From Babesia bigemina (taxonomy: Eukaryota): 64,000 nucleotides of DNA. This document shows, one piece after another, positions 22,556 through 34,302 of this stretch. Position numbers and translations under genes: made by a program. The stretch's first letter is position 1. Every line of letters begins with the position of its first letter. The stretch spans positions 1,054,001 to 1,118,000 of the forward strand of contig NC_027217.1 in NCBI RefSeq assembly GCF_000981445.1, written 5' to 3'. The notes under the pieces were generated by a model that saw only the letters and a program-made list of their open reading frames with translations, was not told the origin of the DNA and did not search any database.

Positions 22556-25500
22556 ATGGAGGAGGAAACGGGGTCGCTCCCGACCCCGCATTCGCCGCCG
22601 GCGGATGGTCGTGATGTCATTGAGGTATCGCAGGAAGAGTTCGAAGGTGCGTGAAGCGGTGTCCTGATTGTGGCCTCTGTTTACCACCACGCGGCCCGTC
22701 CTTCCTCTATAGAGGTGGAAGTATCGCTTTAGCTATGATGATTGCGCCTATTGCCCTGTTTTACACTATGTAATCTCCGGTTGCGCTGCACGTGCTGTAT
22801 GCGTTACGTTATTAAAGAGCAACACACGCATTTTCAGATTCCCAGCGCTTCCTGCAGAGCCAGGACGCGATAATGGACGACTCGGTGTTCATGCACATCC
22901 GCAAGGTGATCGCGTACCTCTATCGCAAGGAGGCGGATACTGCCCCCGTGCAGGGCTCCGGGAGTGTCGGCTCCAGTGCGCAGGAGCGGCAGTCCGAGTA
23001 CCTGGCTGAGCTGAACACCAACGTGTTGAACACGCTGGTGGAGGGTTACGTTGGGTACGCGTGGCTCTGCGAAGTTTGCGCCCGTTGGATCGAGGAGCTG
23101 AACGTGCAGAACAGCCAGTACCTCAGTATGCGCGGTTTAGGCGAGCGGCGCGAGGGCAACAGCGGCGTGAGCGGCACTGTCAACATCATTCGGGAGGCCC
23201 TGATGAGTTTCCTGAAGCAGAACTACGACTCGGAGAAGATGCGCATTTACATGGAGGACAAGGCCGACCACGACAAGTGGAACCCCCCTGAGCTTTACTG
23301 GAACCTGATGAAATCGCCGCTGGTGGTCTCCCACATGATCAACATATACCGCGAGCGACCCAAGGACGAGTTTTTGAGCTCGTGGTACCAGGACTACATG
23401 AACACGGCCAGCGCGCACATGAAGCTCGAGCAGGCCGACATCGACCGGGAGGGTTTGTCGAGGATCACCAGCAACTTCAGCGTCTTCACGCTGCGCATCT
23501 CCGAGGAGATACGGAAATTCCTGATGAAAGACGACGTTTTGGACGCCATCGAGCTCGATGGCATAAGCCCGCTGAGCCCTCTGTTCTGGCATGCCGAGAA
23601 CGCGTACATATACTCCCAGGCTCTGCTCCACTTCATATACCAGTGGCGCAACGATTTGAAGGGCTGCCGCCGCCTGTCCCAGCTAATAGCCCGCACCACC
23701 ATGCGTTCAGCGGAGGGGCTGTTTCCCGACGAGGCCAACGTCGACGGGAAGATGTACGAGTGGAGCGCATCGCAAATACACCTGCTTATGACAAACTTCT
23801 CCCGTTTCCCCAACTTACACAGCTCCTTCAAGCGGCTCTGTGCCAACCCGCATCTGTCCTCGTTCAGGTTGAACGAGATGGACGTATGCGACTTTTACGA
23901 CGAGCTGAACAAGACGCTGAATGCCTTCGACAACTACGGCATCCTGCTCTTCGACCAGTCTCGAGGTTTGTCGCGTTCTTCCACATCTCATTTTGCGCCG
24001 TAGATCGCAGCATCGGCGGTAGACCGCAACCGTTGGATTGCACCGATGACGTGGGCGACTCGGTATCGCAGTACGGTGACCCCCAACGCTCCGACGAGTA
24101 CACGCGTCTTCGAAATGCGCCTGAGATGCCGCCACTGGAGGCAATCCGGGAGAGCAACATCTTAAACCAGCTGATTGATGACTTCTCCAACGCGGACGTG
24201 CACCTACCCGACTCCAATACGTGGATCCGTTACGCCAACCTGCTGGTGTTGCTGTCGGTGCCGTCCCCGTACGAGCTCCTGTACTTCCACTACGATGAGC
24301 TGGTGTGCAACCACCTGAAGCGCCTGCCTCAGCGCGAGGTGTGGAAGCAGTTTTATCTGCCGGTGGGTTCCTGTCTCGGCGTGCCTGACCTACCCCAGGA
24401 GTATGACGACGAGAGCAGCTTGGACGAGATGGAGCATTTGCGCGATTTCGGTACAAGCTCGCCGGACGAAGATGCGTGCTCGAGCGACCTGTACTCCCTG
24501 CATCTGCATTCGCCCTCGCATGACATGGAGAGCGATTTTTCGTTCCCGGCGGGCGCTGACAAGCATATGAACGACGCGTTCAAGCCACATAAGGCTTGGA
24601 ACAACCAGAGCATGGCACCCGCGTCGAGAACGCTGCGCGATGCGGACGCTTCCTCGTTCGTGTCCGGCAGCGCGTTCGAGAGCGAGCTGTGCCACAACAT
24701 GGAAGTGGAGCCCATCATGGGCAAATATGGCGGGAAGGTACAGGTGTCTACGCCGTCAAGCTGTAGCGACAGCTCGACCGGCCTTGGCAAGCGTGGCTTT
24801 GGCGGCATCGCCGGGGGTGTATGGCTCCCGGTGGCCAAACGCACCGTGCATCGGGACGGCACCCACTCGGCTGATCGCGACGACGAGTACCTGGAGATAA
24901 AAAGCACGCTGGCAAGCGCCATCTACAAGAACACCAACGAGGGCACCAAGCTGGGGGCGCCTAAGAACATCTCCGCGGAGCGTCTGAATGAGATGAGGGA
25001 CATGTACGCCTCCTTCAAGATACAGAGCGACCGCGTGAAGGCCATCGCGCGCAAGGAGCTGTACCACCTGCACAAGATAATCCATAATGCGTCGATGGAC
25101 CCCGTTGAGCGCGACTTCGAGATGCGCGATGTGATTTCCACCGTCATCGCATCGTCGGTGGTGATGGCGTACATCCGGCACGACGTTATGCGCCAGCGCA
25201 GCATACGTGCCGTGTCCGACTCGAAGCTACTTTTGCTGATGGACATCGCCAACAAGCACCCCGTGAAGCGCACCCCTATCGCCGTGTTCCTGCGTGACGT
25301 CTGCGTCGCGTGCGCAGAAGGCAAGATAGTGGCGAACAGCAGCTCAGCGAAGCTGGAGGTAAGTGTCGGCTTCGTGTCCGCGGCGTCACCGCTGGCGTGT
25401 TGTTTTGCTATGATGTGTTCAAGTGCCTTTCGCACCAGCTGCGACGTTTATAATTTCGCTTGTGACTCCCGTTGCGCTCCTTGCGATTTCACCGCTAACG

Positions 25501-25962
25501 AATGCTGCAGCGCCTGCAATGCATAATGGACCTGTTGCTGTACGTTGCAAGATTCGAGCGGCAGTGCGTGCCGGTGGTGTCGATTTTCACCTCCATCGTA
25601 AGTCGTGCCTTCCACCGCCCGTTAAGCCGCCCAGATGCACCGCTTGGACCGCAGCATCAGCCGCCACTTCGTCACGACGCTGTTCACCTACTGCGGCGCC
25701 CCCTACGGCGAGGAATTCATGCGGCAGCTCCTCACGATGGTTGAGAAGTATCTGCGTTTGGGTAGGTTGAGTGGTTTTCGCGGCATTCCTCGCAGGGGTC
25801 GCCGGCACCGCCAGTGTACCGAACGTGAACGACGCAACTGTGGTCAACGGCTTCTTGCGCCCGTTCCTGGACGAGTGTGCGCAGACCTGGGCACGCAACA
25901 ACGCCTTGGCCGATGTAGTCCGCCGCTGCAAGAGGATATTGCAGAACGATTTTGTACTATAG
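22556..25962 (+). CDS. NELFCD: Negative elongation factor C/D (TH1-like) homologue, ~6 exons
   Basis: Colinear motif matches to human NELF-C/D as recalled: QDAIMDDSVF~RDYIMEPSIF, WHAENAYIYSQALL~CHGEHTYLFAQAMM, RRLSQ~RRIAQ, ASQIHLLM~ASQITLAL, PPLEAIRE~PPVELIRV, VPVVSIF~LPVVSYI, DRSISRHFVTTLFTYCGAPYGEEF~DISLIRYFVTEVLDVIAPPYTSDF. First intron 22647-22837. Confidence 0.8.
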
Positions 25963-26829
25963 TCCGTCGCACATCGCAGTAAAGTTCGACTCAGTGGAGC
26001 GCGGTAGCGCCCGCAATCTGTACGGTGTTCATTATCGTCTGTTATTGTCCAGCACGGCAGGCGCACGCCCAGCCGCCAAGGGCGGTCAACGAATCTGGCA
26101 ACTAATTTACACGTGTGCAGCCATAACTGTTACGTGCGCCTAGAAATATCTACAATGGTGACGCCGTTGTGTCTGCGTGCGACGTCGCAACGTCCATGTC
26201 CACGTTAGTGGCAACTTCGCATCGATAGACACGCTTGTAAGCCCCCAATGCATGTTTATGTGACGCAAAAAACCAATTTTCGATATTTTAGTCGCCGATT
26301 CCGCCGGCGGTAACATGCAACTACGACCGTGTACGGGTTACGGAATTTGCATCACATATCCCGCGCGTAATATTACACACTGGCGAGCGGCTGTTTATAT
26401 CACTGACGTTATCATTGTCAGCATCTGGGGCTTGCCGAGGTAACTTTTTCCGCAGCTGCGGGTCTCAGGGTGATATCGCCGGTCGCTTCTACGTTTTTCG
26501 CCGCCATTGGCCATGCAAACCGCCTCGTTTGGGAATATATATAACCCGTGTGCCATCTAAAATTTATTTTGGCAACACATCGAAGGAGCACATATTCAGG
26601 CCGGTTCAGCGCGGGCTCGGAGATTCGCAGGTGTGTAGCTGCCGTTAGGCGTTCTGCTTGATTGGACACAATGCGCCGCTGACGTGCGCTGGATTCGTGC
26701 GGTATGGAGTGAAATTGGCGAACGGGTGTCTGCTGTACGGCGACACATGTTTAGTGCTTCCGTCTTATCAAACGCGGCGGCGAACGTGTCTTTTCCACCT
26801 TCGCTGTGCTGACTGGTCCCGTTGGCACT

Positions 26830-29800
26830 ATGGAGTACGTCGACTATGAGAGCCTGACCGAGGCGGAGCTCGGAGCCATGGACAACCTTACAGTGCGGTC
26901 CAAGGTCTCCGAGCTGCCGATGAGCAGCTCCGGCAACATATCGCCGTATGCGCTGGGCATGTCTGTGCGCATCGACCTCGAGAAGCGCCGCAGAGCGACG
27001 CAAACCGACAAGGAACGCGATAACATGGTCGGCAAGGCGTTCCTGGAGTCGTGCGGCAAGTTCGGCTCCAGCGACAAGGTCGTCGAGGCCGCGGCTATTC
27101 TGCGCAAGTTGGACACCAACTGCAGTGCTATGGTGTACCGCGAGGCGTTGGCAACTCGCATGCAGCTGCGCAAGATGGCGCTGAAGAACCTCTCGGGGGA
27201 GAACTTCGCTGAGGCGTTGCTGCAGGCGCACTACTCGCTGCTGCTGGCGAAGAAGTTCCACATGGACATCGCCAAGACGCCTCTGAGCGGCGAGATGGCG
27301 ATGGAGCTTTTAATTCTGAGCAAGTGCTACGCTCACGTTGGGCAGTTCGACGCGGGCCGAACCCACCTGATCGAGTTCCGGTTCCTGGTTGAGCAGACCA
27401 TTCTGCACCTAGTGAAGCCCGCTGCGGCTGGCGACCGCGCTGCGCCGCAGCCCACTGAGCGCAAGGCCGTGATAAACTGCGACCCGAAGGTCTTCCCCAA
27501 CATCGTGTTCACGCTGGCCGAGATCCTGACGATGTACGACCTCCACGAGGATGCGGAGATATTTTTCTCCAAGTACCTGATGCTGTGCGAGCGCGAGTTT
27601 GGCGGCGACAGCGTCGGGCTCAGCGAGGCCATCAACAGCGTGTGCGTGTACCTTCTGCGCAGCCGGCAGCACATGAAGGCTCTGCCGCTGGCCGTGAAGG
27701 CGCTGGAGATTCAGAAGAAGCACTTCGGCGACTACACCAGCGAGACGCCCGACCCGCGTGTGGCGGAGGGGTACTGCAACGTGGGCATGCTGTATCGGAT
27801 GGTGGGCAACCCCCTCGACGCTCTGCACAACCTGCTCATCGCCATCGACATGAAGATGCGCATCTTTCAGGACCGGGAGCATCCCGAGGTGCAGGACATA
27901 TTCCTCTCGTTGGGCTGCTGCCAGCACATGCTGGGAAACTTCCACGCCGCCGCGTCCATATACCGCGAAGTGTACACGACGCGTTGCGACACTCTGGGCA
28001 CGACGCATCCGCTGACCGTTGCGGTGAAGCATTTGCTGGAGGACCTTGACCGCGATATCAGGGTGGCCCCGGACCCAGGTGCCGGCGCTGAGAAGGGCAA
28101 GTCGTTACCCGAGAGCACGGAGAAAATATATGCGCGCGTGAAGGCGCTGGGTGCCGAGATGGGCCACCCCTCCAAGAGGGCCCCGCGCGGGGCCCCCGGC
28201 ATCGAGGTATGCCGCATCCAATCGCTGTACGCGAACAAGACGAAGCACTTCCGCATACCCACGGCGAGCATACTGCAGACGCACGAATGCATCATCCCAC
28301 GCAAGGAGGTCATTGAGCTCTCGCGTCAGATATCCATTCAGTACGCGTACAAGCGCCTGCCCATCATAAACATCCCGCGCATGGCTCGCGGCCGGCTGAT
28401 TTTGAACGACAGCCAGCCCGTGATGGAGTGCAACAAGGATGCGTCTGACCTTCTGCTGGAGTGGGACTTCCGCCCGCCGTCGGTCACCGCGGACGGCGAC
28501 GTGGTGGGCGGCGACCCTAAGTTGTCTGCCGATGTGCTGCTTTTCATCCCCATCATGGAGGACGGTAAGCCCGTCATGGGTTTCTACAGCAAGCCCATTT
28601 TCGTGCCCAACCCGGGTCTCTTCCACGCGTTCAAGCGGGCCAAGACGATACGCGACTTCAACGTGGAGCCCTCGCCTCCAACTACTGAAGGTGTCAAACG
28701 GCGTGATTCGAACACGACTGGCACTTTGGATCCCACTTCAAGCGGAGCAACCCGGGACAGCGATCCGAAGGAACCTAAGCATACGGTGCCTCTGGTTAAG
28801 GTGAAGCCTCTGCTTCCTCCGAAGCGCGGTGACGCCGTCTCTGCGCCCAAGGAAGGCCCCCCCAAAAAACTCGCTCCCAAGGGTGTATCTAAACCCTCTA
28901 TTGTTGTGGCGAAAAAACTTCCTTTGAAACCAAAGGGCGATGTTGCCGCTGCAGCTGCTGCTGCAGGTGCGGAGAAGAAGACTGCACCGCCCCCGGCCAT
29001 TGCTCCTAAGAAAGGACTTCTCAAGGGCATGCCCAAAATAGTACAGCCGAAGATAATTAAGACCCTGGGAAGCCCGAGACCGGATGATGCAGCTCCGCCT
29101 AAGAGCTCACCGGTTCCCAAGAAGGAGGCACCGAAAGGCGCAATATCGCAGGGCGAGGGATCGAAAACAGAAGACCCCGCCCCCTCAACTCTGCCACTGG
29201 TCGAACAGCGTTCAATGCGGCTAGGCGATTTGTTTTCCAAGAAACTGGACACCAATGCGAACAACCGCAACGCGAAGTTCCTCGCGAAGATTGGAAACCT
29301 GGCGAAGATAATGGTGAAGCCGAACCAAGTGAAGGCGCCCGGCGCCGGCGGCATGGCAATGGTAAAGCAGGCGGCGCCTGTAACTGGCGCGTCGCCCCCT
29401 TCGTCGCTGTTAGACAGCGACGCCGACACTAGTCTCTCTGACCTGGATGATGAAGAGGTTTTCATGCCCTCTCCAACTCTGCGTGAAGATCCCACTGCGA
29501 GGGCGTCCGTAGTGGCTATGCCCCCTCGAAACGACAAGCTACCACTGGACCTGAAATCGATCCATGATCCCCTGCCAATGGACATCCTCAGCTTGGTGCG
29601 GGGTATCTGCTCCCACAAGGACGATGACACGTCGCTTCGGTGCATGCTGCTGGGTGAGAACGGTCGCCCGCTGGCCATCGTGCCATGGCAGATCGACATG
29701 ATGTCGTTGACGTTGGCCAAGTCATGCCTTTCAATGGAGCTGCTGGAGAAATATTCGGTTGCCACCGAGAAGAAGGACGATTCCTCGGAGGCGTCGAAGG

Positions 29801-31506
29801 AGGCTCAGATCGCCGCGTATCGGAAACTGCTGGCGGGCGAGGGTCTTCACGACCTTGGGTTCAGTGATTTGATAGGTAACAAGGCGATGCAGTCGTTGGC
29901 CGGCGGAGAAGATGCCTTGTCCTCCGGTTTGGGCATGGGCCTGCCGCCGTCCGTGCTCGCCAACCTTCGTAAGCAGGCTGAGGAGCTGGAGAGGAAAGCG
30001 AAGGAGGAAGCAGAAGCGGCCGCCGCCGAGAAAGACGCTGCGGCAAAGGCAGGTGCCGCGGGTATGCCGAAGGTTGTCCCGATCTTGAAGAAGGAAGCGC
30101 CCGCGACTAAAAAAGGCGCGCCGCCCATGAAGAAGGGGGCGCCCAAGGGCCTAGCTCCGCCGGGCATGAAGAAAGGCCTCCCGACGAAGAGTAAAGGCAA
30201 GGGAGGGCCTTCGTCGATGGTCGACAACTCTAAGGTCCGTCGCTTTTTCTGGGACCCCATTTTCGGCGAGGACGCCCAGGGCACGCTTTTCGCGTGTCCA
30301 AAGGGCATGCCCACCGTGGAGAAACCCGAGATCGAGGCGACGTTCGCCAAGGCGGTGCCCAAGGCCCGTGTGGCCGTTGTGTCGAAGCCCAAGGTTCTCA
30401 ATCTGCTGCCCGACTCCAAGCGAGCCTACAATATGAACATCGGTCTGTCGAAGTTCTCCAAGTACACGTTCAAGGAGCTTAAGGATGCGGTGCTAGGTTT
30501 GGATCCCGCTGTGCTGAACATAGAGGCCACCGAGGGCCTCATGACCCTGTTGCCCACCCCCGAGGAGGCAAACATAGTCCAGGAGTATGTGAAGTCGGGA
30601 GGCGACATGAACCTGGTGGACCGGCCTGAGCAGTTTGTTGCCGTTATCTCCACGATCCCGCTGCTGAAGCAGAGGCTGGATTCGCACCACGTCGCGCTGA
30701 CCTTCAAGGAGCACTTCCAGGAGATCATCACGCCTCTGGAGCGCATAATGGACGGCTGCGAGGCGGTCATGTCAAGCATCAAGTTGAACGTGCTGTCCAA
30801 CGTCATCCTGAAGATCGGTAACACGCTTAACGAGGGCGACGCGAAGAAGGGTAATGCGGAGGGTTTCAAGCCCACCACGTTCGCCAAGCTGAACGAGTTC
30901 CGCACGACCACCAAGCCGGTCAAGACGTTGCTGCAGTACATTTGCGACATCGTGGCGAAGGATGATGAGACCATGCTGGAAATTTACAACGAGCTGCGCC
31001 CGTGCGAGGAGTGTTCCAAGATCGACACGGTCGCCCTGGAGGCAAACATCAGCAAGTTCAAGAACGACATGCAGAAGGTCAACAACTCAATCGCCGCGGT
31101 GGAACGCCTCCGCGACGCCAACGACGAGTTCGTGCCCATTATGCGCGACTTCCTGAAGGACGCGGAGCCCAAGGTGTCGTATGTGCAGGAGCAGCAGAAG
31201 GAGGTGATGCTCATGTTCCGGGAGACGGCGAAGTACATGGGTTACCCCGACAAGGAGGTCGAGAAGGTGCGCGTGGACGAGTTGTTCCGCCACATTTGGG
31301 GCTTCGCGAAAAATGTAGAGGTGGCCCGCAAGGCTCGACTCGAAGCCATAGAGAAGGAGCGCCGGATGGTCATGGCCGAGCGCCGAAAGCAGGAGCAGGT
31401 CGCTGCTCGCAAGAGCAAGATGCGCACTTCGTTGATGCCCACCACCGTAACGGCGACTCCCAAGATGGTCGACGGGCTGGCGGACATTGTGAAAACGCAG
31501 ACTTGA
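26830..31506 (+). CDS. FRM1: Formin 1 (N-terminal TPR repeats, Pro/Lys-rich FH1-like linker, C-terminal FH2)
   Basis: Kinesin-light-chain-type TPRs (ALPLAVKALEIQKKHFG...P.VAEGYCNVG). FH2 motifs VRRFFWDPI, DSKRAYNMNIGLSKF, ILKIGNTLNEG...AEGFK...KL, TLLQYI. Confidence 0.92.
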   Translation: MEYVDYESLTEAELGAMDNLTVRSKVSELPMSSSGNISPYALGMSVRIDLEKRRRATQTDKERDNMVGKAFLESCGKFGSSDKVVEAAAILRKLDTNCSAMVYREALATRMQLRKMALKNLSGENFAEALLQAHYSLLLAKKFHMDIAKTPLSGEMAMELLILSKCYAHVGQFDAGRTHLIEFRFLVEQTILHLVKPAAAGDRAAPQPTERKAVINCDPKVFPNIVFTLAEILTMYDLHEDAEIFFSKYLMLCEREFGGDSVGLSEAINSVCVYLLRSRQHMKALPLAVKALEIQKKHFGDYTSETPDPRVAEGYCNVGMLYRMVGNPLDALHNLLIAIDMKMRIFQDREHPEVQDIFLSLGCCQHMLGNFHAAASIYREVYTTRCDTLGTTHPLTVAVKHLLEDLDRDIRVAPDPGAGAEKGKSLPESTEKIYARVKALGAEMGHPSKRAPRGAPGIEVCRIQSLYANKTKHFRIPTASILQTHECIIPRKEVIELSRQISIQYAYKRLPIINIPRMARGRLILNDSQPVMECNKDASDLLLEWDFRPPSVTADGDVVGGDPKLSADVLLFIPIMEDGKPVMGFYSKPIFVPNPGLFHAFKRAKTIRDFNVEPSPPTTEGVKRRDSNTTGTLDPTSSGATRDSDPKEPKHTVPLVKVKPLLPPKRGDAVSAPKEGPPKKLAPKGVSKPSIVVAKKLPLKPKGDVAAAAAAAGAEKKTAPPPAIAPKKGLLKGMPKIVQPKIIKTLGSPRPDDAAPPKSSPVPKKEAPKGAISQGEGSKTEDPAPSTLPLVEQRSMRLGDLFSKKLDTNANNRNAKFLAKIGNLAKIMVKPNQVKAPGAGGMAMVKQAAPVTGASPPSSLLDSDADTSLSDLDDEEVFMPSPTLREDPTARASVVAMPPRNDKLPLDLKSIHDPLPMDILSLVRGICSHKDDDTSLRCMLLGENGRPLAIVPWQIDMMSLTLAKSCLSMELLEKYSVATEKKDDSSEASKEAQIAAYRKLLAGEGLHDLGFSDLIGNKAMQSLAGGEDALSSGLGMGLPPSVLANLRKQAEELERKAKEEAEAAAAEKDAAAKAGAAGMPKVVPILKKEAPATKKGAPPMKKGAPKGLAPPGMKKGLPTKSKGKGGPSSMVDNSKVRRFFWDPIFGEDAQGTLFACPKGMPTVEKPEIEATFAKAVPKARVAVVSKPKVLNLLPDSKRAYNMNIGLSKFSKYTFKELKDAVLGLDPAVLNIEATEGLMTLLPTPEEANIVQEYVKSGGDMNLVDRPEQFVAVISTIPLLKQRLDSHHVALTFKEHFQEIITPLERIMDGCEAVMSSIKLNVLSNVILKIGNTLNEGDAKKGNAEGFKPTTFAKLNEFRTTTKPVKTLLQYICDIVAKDDETMLEIYNELRPCEECSKIDTVALEANISKFKNDMQKVNNSIAAVERLRDANDEFVPIMRDFLKDAEPKVSYVQEQQKEVMLMFRETAKYMGYPDKEVEKVRVDELFRHIWGFAKNVEVARKARLEAIEKERRMVMAERRKQEQVAARKSKMRTSLMPTTVTATPKMVDGLADIVKTQT

Positions 31507-31724
31507 TAGTCTTGTGAGGATCATTGCAATGCGGTGGTACTGACTTTCCCCGCTACGGTACTGCAGCTGACTGAGTACGAATCAAATAGCCATTTGATGC
31601 ACCGTGTATTAATACTTTTGTTTATAACTGTACAACCAAAGTTCACTATCATTGCATTAGTCTTCTGGAGTGGGTGGCCGGCTTTGAAGCGCCGCCCGGC
31701 AACGTGGCTCTGTTGTGTGGGGTT

Positions 31725-33079
31725 CTACAGACCCATGCGATACGCAGTAGCTGCCATTGTGATGGGCATGTCGGCGTCGGGGGTTTGCCCAGGTCTCGAG
31801 CTGTTGTCGCACGGCCACCATGCCTGGCACCGGTGCGACCACTGCTTCTGCATGCCGATGTTGTAATTGATGAATGCGTGCTTCTCGTCCTTGCAAGGAC
31901 CCTGATACTCATCTTTTGCTTTGCACAATCCCTTGGTCGCGATTTCCTGCGTGTCAAGCTCCCACTTTTCCGGGCACAGGTCGGAGTAGCGCCTGGTGCA
32001 CTGCACGCAGGGCCAGTTTGCCAGGCAGTCCAGCGCCCAGCTGAGTTTCTCTTCTTCGGGCATCAGGCGATATACAAGCTCTTGCCCCAGGCAAGGTCCT
32101 GTACATTGTCCAGTGGGTATATCATGTAGTGTGATGGCAAGTAAATGACAGTTCACAGCAGTGATCAGGTAGTCACCAGTGCATGCATAATACGCCTGCT
32201 TCATGAACTATGAGCGTAGCATAGCCACGTAACGTGATACATTGAGAGGCACTAACCTGTATAGGATGCGGGGAATATGCACTTATGCTTTCCGTCCTCA
32301 GTTGCGACGTGCTTGAAACCCTGAAGACCCATGTATCCTCAACCACTATCCACTATCCACTCTACAACCATTACATATAACATAACATCACGTCACGTCA
32401 CATCAAGTATTAGAAGTGTATAGCGTATGCTATGATTTGAGGAAATTGAAAAATATAACGGTGCTTCAGAGCCAGGGAATGCAACGCACGTCTTGTTATA
32501 TACGATTTGCTTTACATATAGCAGCAGTGATGCACGTTTGTACATTCAGGCGTATACAGTAATATGTTGCACTCACCAGTGGGCATGGCTGGCTGTAATC
32601 GCGTTGGCAGAGGAATAGTGTTTGGTCGTGCTTGGCATCAGCCTCCTTTTTCTCCTTGTCACTCTCCGTATGTCTATCTGTTCGGCATGTGATACGCACT
32701 TCTCGTCACATACGCTTCGCAATCTTGTCTGCGATTTCAACAGCGCGTTCTTCAAGCTTATTCACCAGGTTGTGCCCTATATTATGGGCGTCAGGGAGAA
32801 TGTTTGGGTCATCGGGATCCAGGTTCATTGTGGCTGTGGAGGCCATGCCACCCATCGAATCTCCCACCTCCAAGTTGGAGTCATCGGCAAGGCGCGTGGA
32901 CTCATCTCGCTGTGAATACATCAGTCAACGAAGTGAACGAGCAGAGATCATATAGTGGATGCATCAACGCTAAATTTAACGCCTACGAAACTAAGATTTC
33001 AATTTCTTACCTGCTTGTGTATAGCCGATGTGTATTTCAGCATGTGAAGGATTGATAGTATGCAGATCAACGCCTTCAT
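31725..33079 (-). CDS. CPW-WPC family protein (spliced)
   Basis: CQRDYSQPCPL, CTGDY..GQCTGPC, WALDCLANWPC, CTRRYSDLCPEKW and WSHRCQAWWPC repeats. Hydrophobic first exon MKALICILSILHML. The 3' end is uncertain. Confidence 0.85.
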
Positions 33080-33411
33080 GATGCATCAGAGGCGAATGTG
33101 TAAACGACATCAATGTCAGTCCGACGTCGCCAGGTAGACACCAACACTATCCATCAGTTGCTCGTAGTAGAACCCTATCCAATCCACACCATTCAACAAA
33201 TAATACGTTTCGCGCATAGACGGCAGATGACGGCACTAGACTACGCTCTTTTAATTGTGCCACACACCGCGTCTGAATGTGTAACCATGGAATCCCGCCT
33301 ACGTTGAAAACATATCTTATTTGTTTGATATGGTTAGCCTCGTATGTACACACATGTGTTATTTACGTTATTGATGCAGACAGGTTATATTGGCAAAGTG
33401 CGCTGCACGCC

Positions 33412-34302
33412 CTAATCCTTAACGTGGTTATTCGTGATGGAGTCCTTCACTTGCTTCCAGTCAGTAGACAGCACAGTACCTCCAGATGTGCTCTGTCCCA
33501 CGTCGTTCGATTCCAGTAAATAAACCTACGAAGGATTTCGCCATGGCGCGTCTGGTGTCATCGTCGCCCCTGGCATACATGTCACGCAGTAGCTGCATAA
33601 ACTGCTCCTCGTTGTTACTGTGCTGTTATTCTGCGATCTCATCTTCTATGGCGCGTTCATCAACCTGTTGCACGCGTTACGTACGGTGAACCGTCTTACA
33701 TACCTTGCTGTATGTAGGCGGTTTGGTGCTCTGCAGGTCCCGCTTCTTCTCCAGGACAGGCCACCACCCGCCTGCGCATCTAATTGTTCACTAACATCGT
33801 CACGTACTGTTAGCCTTAGGCAATCGTATCTCGACTTTGTTCTGCGCGTTGAATGAGCTTCGCAGATACGCAGCATAGAGAACCAAGGGTGACAACCCTT
33901 TTCACAAAAACATGTTATCGCGTTTATTAAACACACAGAATCGAATTTCACAACGATCACGGATGGGTTCCACTCATGGCGCTTACCTTACTGCATTCTA
34001 TATTGTACACATTAGAGGCGCCACAGGAATCTGCTATAGGTGCGAACAAGGTCAGATCGATCCTGTTTGCCTCCCCGCTGTTCGACTCATTTGTGGCCAC
34101 ACCATCGTCGCTAGACGTAGCTACGGTGTAAGTTATACTGAGCGTGCCGTTGCTCCAGGCAACATTGACACTATCCGGTACCACCGAGTTGGTGTAGAGC
34201 ACTATGGAGAGGCTGTTGGCATCTTGGTACCAATCGTATCTGCCACATGGTTGCCTCATTACGTCGTTTTTGTGCGTACCTATGTCCAGCTAATGGTGAC
34301 AT
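33412..34302 (-). CDS. SGT1: SGT1-like co-chaperone (CS + SGS domains); in-frame TAA in the simplest splice model
   Basis: HRYDWYQ...KVEIRLPKA...W (CS domain) and MYARGDDDTRRAMAKSF|STSGGTVLSTDW (SGS domain). TAA at 33626-33628 interrupts the SGS exon. Confidence 0.82.

Noticed and set aside
23382..24003. Two long overlapping plus-strand ORFs suggesting dual coding
   Set aside because: A short intron near 23967-24003 switches frame; only one path matches NELF-C/D.
26596..31524. Many 100-390 aa ORFs overlapping the formin gene (similar ones overlap Sec14, LETM1, NELF and DBP2)
   Set aside because: Expected by-products of GC-rich codon usage; they contain no motifs.
32341..32402. Short ccactat and cacgt micro-repeats
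   Set aside because: Two to three copies inside an intron of the CPW-WPC gene; consistent with ordinary slippage.
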